64,000 nt of DNA. Origin: Octopus sinensis (Eukaryota). Of this stretch, positions 1 through 13,775 are shown piece after piece; position 1 is the stretch's first letter; each line of letters starts with the position of its first letter. The stretch lies in the NCBI RefSeq assembly GCF_006345805.1, contig NC_042998.1:180854001-180918000 (forward strand). The letters run 5' to 3'. The notes beneath the pieces are model-generated. The model was not told the DNA's origin and ran no database searches. It was given only the letters and a program-made list of their open reading frames with translations. The translations under genes were made by a program, and so were the position numbers.

Positions 1-664
1 AGTCTCCCTTTCAGCTCACACACACTGTATGTATGTATGTATGTATGTATGTATGTATGTATTGGTTTTTTTTTTATCCTTTCATTATATTTCTTGATTT
101 TAGTTCTCACTATCGACACCTTGCTTCTCTACAAGAATATGCAGTTCTTCAAGTCTATACTTCTCTGGAATTTCCTTCCAGTCATGAATTCCTATAGAAT
201 GCCAAGTCTTTTACACTTCAAAGCAAACATTTATTATTTTATAACTTGGCACAATGTCAGACCCGTGATTAGTGTGAGGGATATATATATATACTAAATA
301 CACCCGTTCTCTATATATTTTTGGTAGTTATTTTATCCAGTCCAGGCAGATAAAAATCCCCATTTAGGATTCGACCTGAGAAGCAAACAGGAACATGTAA
401 ACTACAGTAAATCAAGTGATTTAACATTTCTACAACTTCATTTCTTACTACTTTCTATTGCATTTTTTTTTTATTAAAAATGTTAACTAGAATAAACTCT
501 CCAACGTATGATGTGGTTCCCACCCACGAAACTACATCATAAATTATAATACAGCCCTCCTAAAATAAATCGTGAAAGCTTGCAGATAATATTTGCTCAC
601 ATATTCTCTTCACACGCCCATGCCCTATAGTTATACATGTTTTTCATCTCATACTCTCATCTTA

Positions 665-722
<58 letters not shown>

Positions 723-752
723 GGTGTGTGTATATATATATATATTTATTTT

Positions 753-783
<31 letters not shown>

Positions 784-889
784 GCATATATATATATACA
801 CATATATATATTCATACAAATTTATACATATATTCATAATCATACTCACAAACACATGTAAATATAAATGTACGATTAGTACATACACA

Positions 890-971
<82 letters not shown>

Positions 972-990
972 CACACATATATATACATGC
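665..990. repeat. Compound (CT)n/(TA)n/(TACA) microsatellite tract
   Basis: Directly visible dinucleotide runs; source of the YI-repeat ORFs at 593-1113. Confidence 0.95.
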
Positions 991-1736
991 ATGAGCAAGG
1001 CTGAATGTAGTAAATGAGAAAGACAAATACACACTTTCCATGAAAGCAAATACAGAAACCTGTTTATAAGAATGCATCTGTCTACACATATGAACCGCAA
1101 ACCGCATAAACATATTTACATAAATGATGGTTTGCAGTTTGAGTATATAAATGTGAATTTGCGAAAAAATCTATAGCTAAGAACGTATGTAATATTTTCA
1201 ATTAATCAAACTATAGCGGAAAGCTAATATCCATTTTAGTTATTAGTGCCAAAAGATTGAACAGCCAGCCCCCAGGCTACAAGATAATCTACTCAAGATG
1301 TCTCTAGACAGTATGTACCAAAGACATTCCATATAGTCATATTTTATCGGAGGCAAATGTTTTCAGTTATTAACTCTCGGTTTAATTCGCGGAATCTGAG
1401 CAGTGACAAATATTGATCATCAACAACGGCGTCGACATCACCAGCAGCTACATCACTGAGAAAATCAAACATAAATAAACCACAAGCAAAAAGAGAAAAA
1501 AAAAAAGCTTACATACTAAAAGACGTAAACAAAGCAAAAACCAGAAATCTCCTACCAACATTAATACAAGCAGAAAGCAAGAGTAACTAACATCAACAAT
1601 TCAGCCTAAATAAAAATGGACAGAAAGGTTAAATAAATACAGTCTTGGATTTGTGTTTTTAGTTTTAATTCTATTTCATACCAGAAATACTACTTATTTA
1701 CAAAGTACTTCTTGTGTAAGAGAATACTATATACAC

Positions 1737-1739
<3 letters not shown>

Positions 1740-1801
<62 letters not shown>

Positions 1802-1815
1802 TGTGTGTGTGTGTG

Positions 1816-1846
<31 letters not shown>

Positions 1847-1850
1847 TGTG
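1740..1850. repeat. (TA)n-(TG)n compound microsatellite
   Basis: Directly visible. Confidence 0.95.
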
Positions 1851-2178
1851 TGAGGTGTGCGTGTGTGTATGCATACGTACGTATGAATATAAGCATCTTA
1901 CACACATTGAAGTTCATACATGTATATATATATATATATATTCATATATGCATATACAAGCACATATGTGTGTATATGTTTGGTTGTCTGTCTGTCTCTC
2001 TGTATGTATGTATGTATGTATATGTATGTATGTGTGTGTATGTATGCACAAACACAAATACATGAATATTCTTATAATAAAAACGTATATATCTGTGACT
2101 CTACAACTTGTACAGTGATCTACATGAGAAATTGTTTATTTCCCATGTTTTTCATATATATACTTATGTATGTATATT

Positions 2179-2220
<42 letters not shown>

Positions 2221-2765
2221 GGGAAAGAGTTACAGATGGACAACAAAGAAATTAAATGAAAATCGGGAAGACAGCTCAAAGGGACGTGTATAAGTCTGAT
2301 TCCTTCATTAGTTGAAAACTGGAATTTTCAGAACACCACCACACTCATCACACACACACACATGTATGCACATATGTACGTATACATATACATACATATA
2401 TACATACATGTATATATGTGTGTATATATGTAGTATATGTAGTATGTATTTAAATTAGAATTCTTTTATATGGTGGGATGAAGGGGCCTACTATCTCTGA
2501 ATGAAAATATATACAGTATATCCTCATTGAGAATAATCTGAACCCTTGTTATGCCGGAATTTTTATTCCCTAACAAATAAAAAATGATATATATACATGT
2601 ATATAGATATATATATATATATATATTATATATATAATATATGTGTGTGTGTGTGGTGTGTGTGTACATATACATATATGCATTATTTTTGTATATATAT
2701 AATATAGATATATATATATATGTCTGTGTGTGCGTGTGTGTGTACAATACATATATGCATATATT

Positions 2766-2812
<47 letters not shown>

Positions 2813-2858
2813 TATATATATATGTATATATATATAATATATATATATAATATATATA

Positions 2859-2898
<40 letters not shown>

Positions 2899-3254
2899 GG
2901 GCAGAATTCTGGTTTAAGCACTCCACATAACTCCTCATAACTTATATTTTAGAGGGAATTTCCAGAATATTTTGGTGAATTGTACACACGGGGATTCATA
3001 TGATCATAAAAAATATATTTTTTTAACTACTCCTTCCCCACCCACCCCAATAAATCCTAAAGGTTCCAATCTTTCTCGACTTTCTTTTTTTATATAAATC
3101 AGTTCAAAATACTGACGTTCCGAATGTTTTGCATAATGGATTACCCTTGGGAGCATCATCATACCATTAAATGTGTTATAGGGGAGAAACATATTCTTTT
3201 CTTGTCTATTCTGGGCACAAGACGCGAAATTTTTGCGGGAGTGAGGGTGCAGTG

Positions 3255-3389
3255 GATTAGACCGACCCCAGGACGCAACTGGTACTTAACCTCGACCTCG
3301 GTGGAATTTGAACTCAGAACGTAAAGACAGACGAAATATATCTAAGCATTTCACCCGGCGTGCTAGCGTTTCTGCCAGCTCGCTGCCTT
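3255..3389 (-). mobile_element. tRNA-derived SINE, family A (internally deleted copy)
   Basis: Reverse complement begins AAGGCAGCGAGCTGGCAGAAACG and has B-box GAGTTCAAATTCC; matches copies at 55217, 61255 and 62316-63102. Confidence 0.85.
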
Positions 3390-3577
3390 AGGATGGACGG
3401 CGGAGTAAAATATTGAAAAGCATCAAGTGACAATGAAACGAGGAATGTATCAGATAGTCGTAAGTTGAACTAAATATAACAGTCAATTGCCCTTAAACCA
3501 CAATTCTGCCCATAATATAATGTTAATATATGCACTGACACCCATGATTACACACATTCACATATATGTATATATAC

Positions 3578-3636
<59 letters not shown>

Positions 3637-3727
3637 CATCCGAATTTCTTCTAATACATATATATATATATATATATTTATATGTATATATATAAATATA
3701 TATGCATGCAATATTTCTAGCTAGCTA

Positions 3728-3752
3728 GTTAGATAGATAGATAGATAGATAG

Positions 3753-3811
<59 letters not shown>

Positions 3812-3812
3812 G
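3728..3812. repeat. (GATA)n microsatellite
   Basis: Directly visible. Confidence 0.95.
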
Positions 3813-3871
3813 TAAGTATCGACACACAGACATGCACACATGTATACCCATCTATGCTTTATACGTCATAT

Positions 3872-4155
3872 CGGCTCATGATCGTAAGGTTGTGAGTTCG
3901 ATTCCAGCGACGCGTTGTGTCCCTGAGCAAGACACTTTATTTCACGTTGCTCCAGTCCACTCAGCTGGCAAAAATGAGTTGTACTTGTATTCAAAGGGTC
4001 AGCCTTGTCACTCTCTGTGTCACGCTGATTTTCCCCGAGAAATACGTTAAGGTACACGTGTCTGTGGAATGCTCAGCCATTTGCACGTTATTTCACGAGC
4101 AAGCTGTTCCGTTGATCGTATCAGCTGGGACCCTCGTCGTCGTAACCGGCGGAGT
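3872..4155 (+). mobile_element. 5'-truncated tRNA-derived SINE with CORE-like body and tail X, 15-bp TSD
   Basis: B-box GAGTTCGATTCC; CORE-like TGTGTCCCTGAGCAAGACACTTTA...AAAATGAGT; TSD CTTTATACGTCATAT at 3857-3871 and 4156-4170; 3' half shared with 57093 and 63385 copies. Confidence 0.85.
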
Positions 4156-4164
4156 CTTTATACG

Positions 4165-4240
<76 letters not shown>

Positions 4241-4241
<1 letters not shown>

Positions 4242-4470
4242 TGCCAGCTCTGTCTGGCACCTGTGTGCGGGTGGCACGTAAAAAGCACCCACTACACTCA
4301 CGGAGTGGTTGGCGTTAGGAAGGGCATCCAGCCGTAGAAACACTACTAGATCTGACTGGGCCTGATGAAGCCTTCCGGCTTCACAGACCCCAGTTGAACC
4401 GTCCAACCCATGCTAGCATGGAAAACGGATGCTAAACGATGATGATGATGATGATGATGATGATAATGAT
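4241..4470 (+). mobile_element. SINE/LINE 3' tail of RTE type ending in (GAT)n
   Basis: GGCGTTAGGAAGGGCATCCAGCCGTAGAAAC...GCTAAACGATGATGAT resembles RTE-associated tails; family assignment from recognition only. Confidence 0.6.
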
Positions 4471-4689
4471 GATATATATATATATACCATTGACAGGTCA
4501 ATTTCGTCCTGAGGTAACGTTCGTTATGGATGTGCTGTATTTAAAACAGAAATTAGAGGGAGACAAATAGTCGCTTGAATGGTGGATTGCGAAAACTCAA
4601 ATGCATTTCGTCTTTTTTGAGCTTTTTCAATTCTTGGACGGGAATTCGTGACCTCATATACCGGAGATAGTAAATGAAACTTATTGATA

Positions 4690-4915
4690 GTTGTTTATCT
4701 ATCTTGGGCGGGTAAAATCCCGAGGTCCATGGACGATCCAGAGATCTTTGTCTCTCATCATCGCCGCTATGCCCTGTGTCTCCCAGAGACTAGTGTATGT
4801 CGTTAATGTATCAACATATGCAATATTCGGTCTCCTTCTTCTAGTGAGTCTGTGCAGGGGCGCCCACTGGAACTCTGAATGACCGCGAGCATGTCCAGCT
4901 AAACTCAAAGCTAGC
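4690..4915 (-). mobile_element. RTE-clade LINE ORF C-terminal fragment
   Basis: LAGHARGH..FQWAPLHRLTRRRRPNIAYVDTL...AMMRDKDLW resembles the RTE C-terminal pattern W.P..G.R.RGRP...Y.D.L...M.DR..W. Confidence 0.7.
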
Positions 4916-5089
4916 TGTCAACAACATATTATTTATAAAAAAAGATGAAGGCGGAAGCGTCTCCAAAATATGTCTTCATATATTGATTTCAAAATTTGGC
5001 ACAAGGCCAGAAATTACGAGGGAAGGTTTCTGTTGTGGTAATGCCCCCAGGCGAGAAGTGGGCTGGTCCACTACTACTGTGTAGTGGGC

Positions 5090-5600
5090 TGACACAGTCA
5101 GTAGGATCGGTCGACGAAAGTACGCTCTTGCTTTGTTTTTTACCGAGCTACGCTTTTTGCTTCGTTTGAAGGCTTAGTGCCGAGTGTTCGAATTGTTGTT
5201 TCGCCTACGGCCCGTAATATTTTTTGTTGTTTTTCCCCCATTAGGGGCGAAAATGAGTGAAAGGATGCAGATGCCCGAGCCTGCTACAGCCGGGATTTAC
5301 GCTTCGGCAGGCAACCAGCAAAAGAACGCTACCACGAAATTGAGGAGGTGGTGGTAGACGAACGCGCATTAGAGGATAGCAAACAGTTTATATAGACGGA
5401 GGGACGCCACCGGCAGATATTACCAATGAACAACGACAAAAAATAGTAAGATACAGAACCATGTCACTGAAAACAAATAAAAAATAGAAATAGCAAGTGA
5501 GGAGGCAATTGAAAATTGTCTCCAGGAAATAATGAACAACGTAACATTCTTTACTAGAGGAATGAGGTGTGGAACAGTAAAAGTGCGTTTTGCAACCTAT
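5090..5600 (+). mobile_element. Possible decayed LINE 5' UTR plus ORF1 start
   Basis: GC-richer island with a short ORF1-like reading (ASEEAIENCLQEIMNNVTFFTRGMRCGTVKVRF); weak. Confidence 0.3.
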
Positions 5601-5720
5601 CAGTTTAATACATTTTGAAATCTGATGATTACTACTAACGTATGAAAGCGATAATTGCACTTTATTAACATTACAAAATATTCTTTTAATATTTAACACA
5701 CTTCAACATAGTAAAACATA
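5595..5720 (+). mobile_element. PLE 3' UTR fragment with HHR-like motif (same family as 23770-25231 arms)
   Basis: Aligns by eye with 25040-25150; CTGATGA at 5622, GAAAGCGATA at 5644. Confidence 0.7.
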
Positions 5721-6085
5721 TTTTAAAAATCTACTATAATAATATTCTTGTGATTTCCCCGTCACAACATATAAATGTGAAAAGAAGGTGTGATAGATGA
5801 ATAATGAAGGAAGGGGTGATGGAAAACTGATGGGATGGTGCACATTCTACGCTGAAAAGAAAAATCAAATAGCATTTCAACTTTGTCTGTGTATACGTGT
5901 GTATGTGTATGTGTGTACAAGGGAAGTATGTGAATGTATATCAGAATTGACAAGTGTATTAAATTCGACTTACCATCCTTAGTTATATATAAAATACTAC
6001 AGTTAGCCATTATTTTTGACGTCACAGGGCCAGCTAGTAATATAATAACAACGTGAAGACCAGACCATGTTCTAACATTATTTAA

Positions 6086-6230
6086 CGACCGTCTTCTTTG
6101 AGTTTCCGTCTACCAAATTCATTCACAAGGCTTTGGTCGACCTGAGACACTTGCCCAAGTTGCCGCGCAGTGGGACTGATCCCGGAACCATTGGTTGGGA
6201 AGCAAACGTCTTAACACACAGCCACACCTG
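6086..6230 (-). mobile_element. tRNA-derived CORE-like SINE family D, 3'-truncated
   Basis: Matches the head of 46227-46584 (GTGGCTGTGTG..CAGTCCCACTGCG..TTGGGCAAGTGTC). Confidence 0.8.
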
Positions 6231-6949
6231 TGACTTCTCTCTCTCTTTCTCACTCTCTCTCTCTGTATATATATATATATGTGTATATATACATACACAC
6301 GCACACACGCACACACGCACACACGCACACACACACACACATACACACACACACATATATATATATATAATATATATATATATATAAATGTTTCTTACCG
6401 TACATACAAATATATGCACCTACTTATATGCACACAACCACGCATATACCTACACTCACACCTGTAGACACGTTCGTAATATGCCAAGTCAGAAAACTTC
6501 GAATACAAAAAAGGAGGTTGTAAAAATATGGAGAAAATTTAGTAAATAAGAAAAAATTGGGAAAATTTTAAAAGATATGATGAAATAAAAAATATAATAT
6601 ACTTAAACATTATAAAAAATTTGAACTCGTAAAAATGAAAGATAAAAATAAGATGGCATTCAAACTCGGGTAGATTGTGATTTTTATTATATTTTTCTCT
6701 TGAATTTATATATATGATTTACTTATTATTTTTATTTACTTTTTCCGTGTTACTTCATATTTTTGTTAAATTTTCTTGATTTTTATTATATTCTTCATAC
6801 CATTCCACATTTTGCATTCAAGGTTTGTTGACTTGCTTAACCTGGAACAAGTGTATCTGCGCGTAGGCATAGGTGTATCTATATTTTGTTTATGAACTTA
6901 TGTATGTCTACGCAGGCATGTATAAATATTGATACATATTATATATACA

Positions 6950-7170
<221 letters not shown>

Positions 7171-7248
7171 ATACACACGTATATAAATTTTCAGAATGAG
7201 ATAAAAATTCAATGGTCTATAAGATTTTAGATCATTTATAAATAGAAT

Positions 7249-7296
7249 GTCTTACACCTGTTTCCGGGATATTTTATATATCCCTTCTTCGGAAAC
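7249..7296 (-). ncRNA. Minimal type I hammerhead-like motif (PLE-type)
   Basis: GTTT-CCGAAGA-A-GGGATAT/ATATCCC-G-GAAAC-AGGT-GTA-AGAC; homologous to 40228-40368 and 41852-41927. Confidence 0.65.
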
Positions 7297-8159
7297 GGTG
7301 TGAGAAGATGGTTAAGCAATAGTTATTTTAGATAAGATAGGAAATAGAGAGTGAAGTGGAGGAATGAAAATAGAAGTGAGATATGCAGGGATATTGCATC
7401 TGTAGATCCATTATTTAGGCAAAACGGTATACATATAAGATTCCAATACCGCATTACCTGACACCTCTCATAACATCCATATATATATATATTTATGTGT
7501 GTGTGTGTATAACATACACACATGTGTGGTTATGCGTACGTGCATATATATATACAAATATATATGAGTGAGTGTATGTATGTGTATATATATATATACT
7601 ATGTACCTGTATGCGCGCATGCATGTGATTCTGTAAGCGCGTCTGCGCCTGCGTACATGTATGTGCATGTACATGTATTTGTACATGTATGCGCACGCAT
7701 ATGCGTGTATGAATGCATTTACGGATGAACGTGAGAATGCATGTATATATGTATGTGTATGTTAAATATACATACTGCGCACTCACACACACACACTGCC
7801 AAAATTCGACACTACATATATTTGTAAATATATATATGCATATATCTATACGTATACATGTACATGTGTGTCAGTGATTGCGCAGTATATATATATATAT
7901 ATAGATATATATATATATATATATATTATTTATATATATGTGTAGAGAGAGAGGGGGAGAGAAAATCCGGAATTCTCATCTGTCGTCTGGAGCTCCTAGT
8001 TGCCAATCGAACTATTTAAGCATTCAGCCATACTGCTTCTACATCATACATATACACTCACTGCACAGGGAAGATTGATGGTTAAGCCAGATATACTTCA
8101 AATAATAAGTGCAGTTAGTCGAGAGGAATCAGCAAACTAGAAGTGGGTAATACTGCTTC

Positions 8160-8520
8160 TTGATGTTATTAAGTTCTAACTCAGCTCTGGCTGCGCAAAC
8201 TTATATAAAATTTATCTCGCCATAATCTTGATTTTCAAGATCAATGAACTTTGGTCAACATAATCCAAAGTTTTTTTTTTTTTGCAAATAGGTACTGTGT
8301 GATTTGAAGCAGGGGAGAGGAAATGGCAGATTAGATTTAGGTTATCCTTGTAGTTGATGTTATTGCTTAAGTTGTAGCTCAGCTCTGATTGAACAGACTT
8401 ATATGTAATATATCTCGCCATGATCTTGTTTTTCAAAAACTACGAACCTTAGTCAACATAATCCAAAGTTTCATTTGCAAAGTAGATAATTTGTAGTGTG
8501 AGGCAGATGTGTTAAACTTT
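8160..8520 (+). repeat. Diverged tandem duplication, unit about 200 bp
   Basis: CTCAGCTCTG..TATCTCGCCAT.ATCTTG..TTTCAA..GTCAACATAATCCAAAGTTT at about 8181 and 8379. Confidence 0.8.
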
Positions 8521-8619
8521 TCAAACAAGTTGAGAGACTACATAGAGGGACCCCTGTTGACTTATCGCGAAATGTTATAACCACACATGAAAATAATCAA
8601 AGGCCCTTCCCGAGCCGTA

Positions 8620-8840
8620 AGCTCATAAACCCGGTTTCTCGAATTCTGTGGTTTATACATTCTCTCACTGCATGGGACTAGCATCCCGTGCAGGATTACT
8701 CATTTTTGCCAGCTGAGTGGACTGGAACAGCATTTAATGAAGTGTTTTGTTCAAGAACATAATGCAGCACTCGGTCAAGGAATCAAAACCATTAATCTTA
8801 TGATTATGAGTGTAACACAGTGATCGCTGCACGCTAGCCA
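8620..8840 (-). mobile_element. Old CORE-like SINE with tail Z
   Basis: Reverse complement has TCCAGTCCACTCAGCTGGCAAAAATGAGT as in the 3872 copy; tail resembles 36195-36300. Confidence 0.65.
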
Positions 8841-9099
8841 CGTATACAATGAATTATGTTACAGAATGCGAATCATCAACCAAACTGTTGCTTCTATACT
8901 ATATTATACTATACTGTACTATACTACACTTTACTATATTATACTATATTGTACTATACTGACACGATTGAATCAATCTCAAATATAAACAATAGCAAAC
9001 CAATATATTACAAACTGCAAACAACCAGACATTGCGTTACTTTTCTAGTACTTTGCTAACATATTTCAGTCAATCTCCAGTATAATTCTGTTCGTGAAG

Positions 9100-9692
9100 A
9101 GCTATTTTCATCATCCTTATGGCTATGGCGAAAGAATGTATCTGGTGGACGCGTCTGAAAAGATTAGACAAACACTTTTCTCTCTGGTCAATCTCTCATC
9201 AACTTCTTCAAGTATCAATTGAAAAGGAAAGTGAGAGTAGAGAGACAAGTTTTGTCTAGCGAATGTTTCAAAAAAAGATAGTTGAATGTAGCAAGGATGG
9301 CATGTATGAATGACGAAGCCACCTTGAGCATAATCCTATGAACCCGGAAAAATTTTAAACAGAGAGTTATTTACTTGCAAATAAATGTGTTAACATGTGA
9401 CATTATTGACCGAGGTTACCGTGGTCTTTTCTGTAGGCTTTTCTTTCCACGGATAAACCTTATCTGCTTCCCTCTTTACACTTTACATCATGACATTTCT
9501 GTGATACACGATCCCTGTTGACCGTTTTTTTTCTTTTTTCTCCTTTTACGATCCCTTTTAATCGAAAACCTACTCCCCTTTTATTTTTCATTTTTATTTT
9601 CATTTTCCTTTTTTTCTCCCCAAAAAGAAAAGCTCTACTTTGTAATTTGGCCCATCTGTGTTCAGCCCTGTGTGGCTAATAAAGAAACATAT
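9100..9692 (+). mobile_element. L1/Tx1-like LINE 3' end (ORF2 C-terminus plus 3' UTR)
   Basis: Decayed reading MAKECIWWTRLK...FFKYQLKRKVRVERQVLSSECFKKR*LNVARMACMNDEATLSIIL*, then pyrimidine-rich UTR ending CAGCCCTGTGTGGCTAATAAAGAAA; clade call is inference. Confidence 0.55.
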
Positions 9693-10324
9693 ATTAGAAG
9701 TCATGCTAAAAATTTTCTTTGCCTTAATTTCTGAATAACAAATTTATTTTAGTCTTCGACAACTTCAGCATCAAGAGTTATATATTGTAGAGATGTTTCT
9801 CAGTGCCATAGCTCTTAAATGGTACTGATGAACTCCATGTATATGCTGTTTTTGTTTACTTTTGTCGACAATATTCAAGAAAGCTTCCATGCACCAATTC
9901 CGAAATATTTCTAGCATACTGGTCAGTGAGGACACAATCAATAGCCACTCTGTTTAAATTCTTCAGTCAGTGAGTATTTCTGAAAACATTTAAGCCAGCA
10001 AACTTATATACAGAAATGTGTGCGTGTATTTCTGTATGTATGTGCATCTGTATATGTGCGATGCATGTGAGTGTTCGTATATAAGTAGATATAACATTTT
10101 AAATAGAGCTATATATAAATACGTCTTTCTACACACATTTACACACACATTTGTACACACATAGTCATGTTTATATGTCGTACTTTAATATGTTGCTATA
10201 TATAAAATTCTGTATCTTTATACAAGTTAACACACATAGATATATATACATCTAGACATATATATATATATATATATTTATACACTAGTAGACACATACA
10301 CACGCACATATACATATGTGTATT

Positions 10325-10329
<5 letters not shown>

Positions 10330-10389
<60 letters not shown>

Positions 10390-10432
10390 GTATATATATG
10401 TACATATGTATGTATTTATGTATGCATGTATG

Positions 10433-10475
<43 letters not shown>
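10330..10475. repeat. (CA)n/(TA)n/(TG)n compound microsatellite
   Basis: Directly visible. Confidence 0.9.
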
Positions 10476-11956
10476 ATATACATGCATTCATATTTGAAGG
10501 CGTATGGCGTATTTTAGCTCTTATGCGTGGGTATATGTTTGCACATGCACTTGGTAAAGTATGTATATTATATATATAGTTTAGCCTGAAGTTAGATTAA
10601 TCTCCTTAGCCAGTACAGTTTATGTCGATAACCTGCCAGTTATCTCCAAATATTTTGAATCTCTGTTGATAGATTTATGTAGTTTTTTTTTTCACGGAAA
10701 ATTGAATTACTTCTTTCCCCAAATAATCTTCTTTACCCCACTCCCGTCTCTGTCTGTCTCCTTTTGTCAATTTCTCTTCATCTGTATCTCTTTCTGGTTC
10801 AATCTGTTTACCTATCTTTCTCGAGACTATTTTAAATGTCTTCCTGTGTTTATCTTTGTTTACGCCCTTGGTTTTGCGGTTTGTGTGCTTATGTTGAGTG
10901 CAATTATACATTTTATTAAGATGTGTACGTATTCTTCACTTCTTCTGTGCTTGTTTTGTGTGTGTGTTTGTGTGCGTGTATGTGGACTATATGTATTGTG
11001 TTATGCCATGTTCCCTTGTGTGTAGATGTTATCACTTCTACGTATATATGTAACTGCATGTGTCGGAGTATTTTTCCTTTCCACATATTAAGTATAAACA
11101 AATAAAATACTTTGTATGTTTGTGAGTGTATGCATGTGTGCCAGTCTTCGAGAAAGTGAGTACACATTCATTATGTGTATTTTTGTTATTATGTATCTGC
11201 AGGTAAGTGTTATATTGATGTATTGTGTACTGAGATAGGACTGTACAAATCTCCATATATAAAGAGTTGCATTTGTCTTTTTGTATTATTTTTCATAGTA
11301 TAAAATGTGATTTCTGTGAATCTGTGAGTGTTAATAAATGTCTTTTTTCTTATATCTATATATGTCGGAAATAGCTATAAATCACCAATATTAGAGAACA
11401 ACAAATCATAACACATAAAAAAAATGAAAACCAGGTGTGGTAAGGTAAGTTCGATTTCACCTCTTCCCGACAGACTATACAGTCTGGTGAACATATTATT
11501 CCAATATATTACACGAATACACGCATAAAGAAAAACATAAACTAACATAAACTAATGCAAAAAAACCCCGAGGAATTGTATTGATTTCTTAGATATTTAA
11601 AGCCTTTATTTAATTTTCTTTACTTCCGAAGAGCAAAAGCACCATATGTGTCGTGCCTGGAGGTAATCAGCGATCGAAAGTATCACACTATTTTGGATTC
11701 TAATTTTAAAAAATTAAATGTTTTCGTGTCCTTGAATTGGTGCAAACCGTAGCTGATGTACGAGGGTATTGATAAATTAATTTGAAGAATTGAAGACATT
11801 GAAAGCCATGAAGAGTAAAAGCATCTAGTGTTCTGCTTGACGGGACGAATATGATACACAATAATACACTAAAATGCTTTATTGAAGAAAATGCTTTATC
11901 GAATAGACTTGCTAATATAAGATCATTATTCTCAAAGATGATATTTTTATTCCTAA

Positions 11957-12343
11957 CTAGCAATATCGCCCGGCGTTGCTCGGTTTTGTTTAGACCCTTT
12001 AGAATTGGAATTTTTGAAAACTAAAACATTTGCATTATGTAGCTTGTTATTCTCTTTAAGTGAACATTTTTCTGGTTGAAATACACCGAAAAGTGGCGAT
12101 ACAGCAGTCAAAAAATCGTAAAAAATAGGGATTTTCATAGAAAAAAAGCACCTTTTTGATGTAAATAATTTTTGGTGTCAACATGATTCGATTTGAATTT
12201 TTTCTACGGAATGAAGAGCAAGCCTTCTTCCATCATACTCTCAATTTTGGTCAACTTGCGCCGCAGGGTCTCGGAGGAGATAGTGTTAGTTGAAGGCTAC
12301 CGAACCTGCCATACACAGACAAATTCAGCTTTATATATATAGA
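11957..12343 (-). mobile_element. Non-autonomous Helitron
   Basis: On the minus strand starts TCTATATATATAAAG and ends with hairpin CCGAGCAACGCCGG plus CTAG, followed by T; termini shared with 28998-29503. Confidence 0.75.
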
Positions 12344-13775
12344 GAGAGAGAGATTACGAATTAATTTAAATTAATTCTTGTCACTCATACAAAGACCTCC
12401 AGATCTTCTTTTGCAGGTATGAGTAATCTTTGATAAGAGTAAAATGTGAGCATAAAGAATATTCCGGAAGATTGGACTGACACTGTTCATTCTTTCTAAT
12501 TTTTCTATTGATACTAGAGTGATATCTGCTCTTGTACTACCTCACTTAGGTCCACCTTGTGCATTCCTTTCCCTTCTCATCACCGGAATGCTTCCTCCCA
12601 CAAAGCCACGCACGAATCGAGTTTACCAGTTTTTTTATTCCCAAAACGATTTTTGATCTGGAATTCTCTCCCAGTTCATGTTTTCCTTCCAGCCGTCAAC
12701 TTCCAACTTTTCAATGGAAGTGATAACTTCATCTATGTCACTGGCCCGAAGAATATACGAAGTTCGTTAGGCCACATATTTCCTTCAATTAAATCCAAAA
12801 ATATAAACAAAATAAGGAGTAATATTAATCTTCCGAAAAGATTTTCGTGCTCCATTATGTAAAAACTTTGTTTAAAATATATTCAACACCAATCATCAAT
12901 GAATGTTTTACATTCAAGAGGTCATGTTATGTTACGTAGTTTGCATGTTATATAATGAAAGTGACTGAAAATTTTTCAAAAATGAGACACATTTATATAC
13001 TGTACAAAGTAGTTGATGATGATAGTTGAATTTACCTTATATAATTATGGATGACAGTAATACCCGGAACGTTTTATGTATTATTGATCATAAGCATACC
13101 CTTCTGAATATTCTTTTAAATACCGTTATCCACCCGACTAACTTGCAGGTTCTTGAAAGTGAACATTACCTATTCACATGTAACTAGCTAATAAGAATAA
13201 CAAACAATGAGAATCAATGCATAAATGATTGCCTATAGAACTAGATAGATCCCATCATAAAATTTCAGATCCATTTGCGAAAGCATGATACTAATCACAC
13301 TTTTTAATGACCTGCTCATAATATGAAAATGTCTGGATGATAATTAAAATATGTGATTAACAGAAGACAAGCATCTATCGAACAGCTTTGTTCTCTTTAA
13401 CGATGTGAAAACAAGAAATACCTGATAAATCTACATTTAGAAATAATTATCTGCATTTGAGAACGTTTACCTTATATTTAAGCTTCCAAATCTTCGAATA
13501 ATAATGCCTAATTCCGATAGTGATTTTGCTGAATCAACACGGTGTTTGGGATAAATTTAACGATTTACGTTAAAGGAAAAGCAAGTAATGTTTGTTGCCA
13601 CTTCAACGTGGCTGTTCCGTACGGAACAGCTATGTTGAAATGGCAACAAAACATTATTTTTGAGTATTTGTTACTGCTTTCATTTCTTATAGAGATTTTA
13701 GCACTAGTTACTTTGCTTGTTGCAAATAATATCTCATCCAAAAATTAAAGTATTTTTAAAAATCAAAAATTTCAT

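Noticed and set aside
4360-4385. CTGATGAAG followed by a small hairpin
   Set aside because: No downstream GAAA or NUH; lies within an RTE-type tail.
9140-9215. TTGATGA...AGACGCGTC hammerhead-like motif on the minus strand
   Set aside because: GAAA core missing; the sequence is explained as LINE coding DNA on the plus strand.
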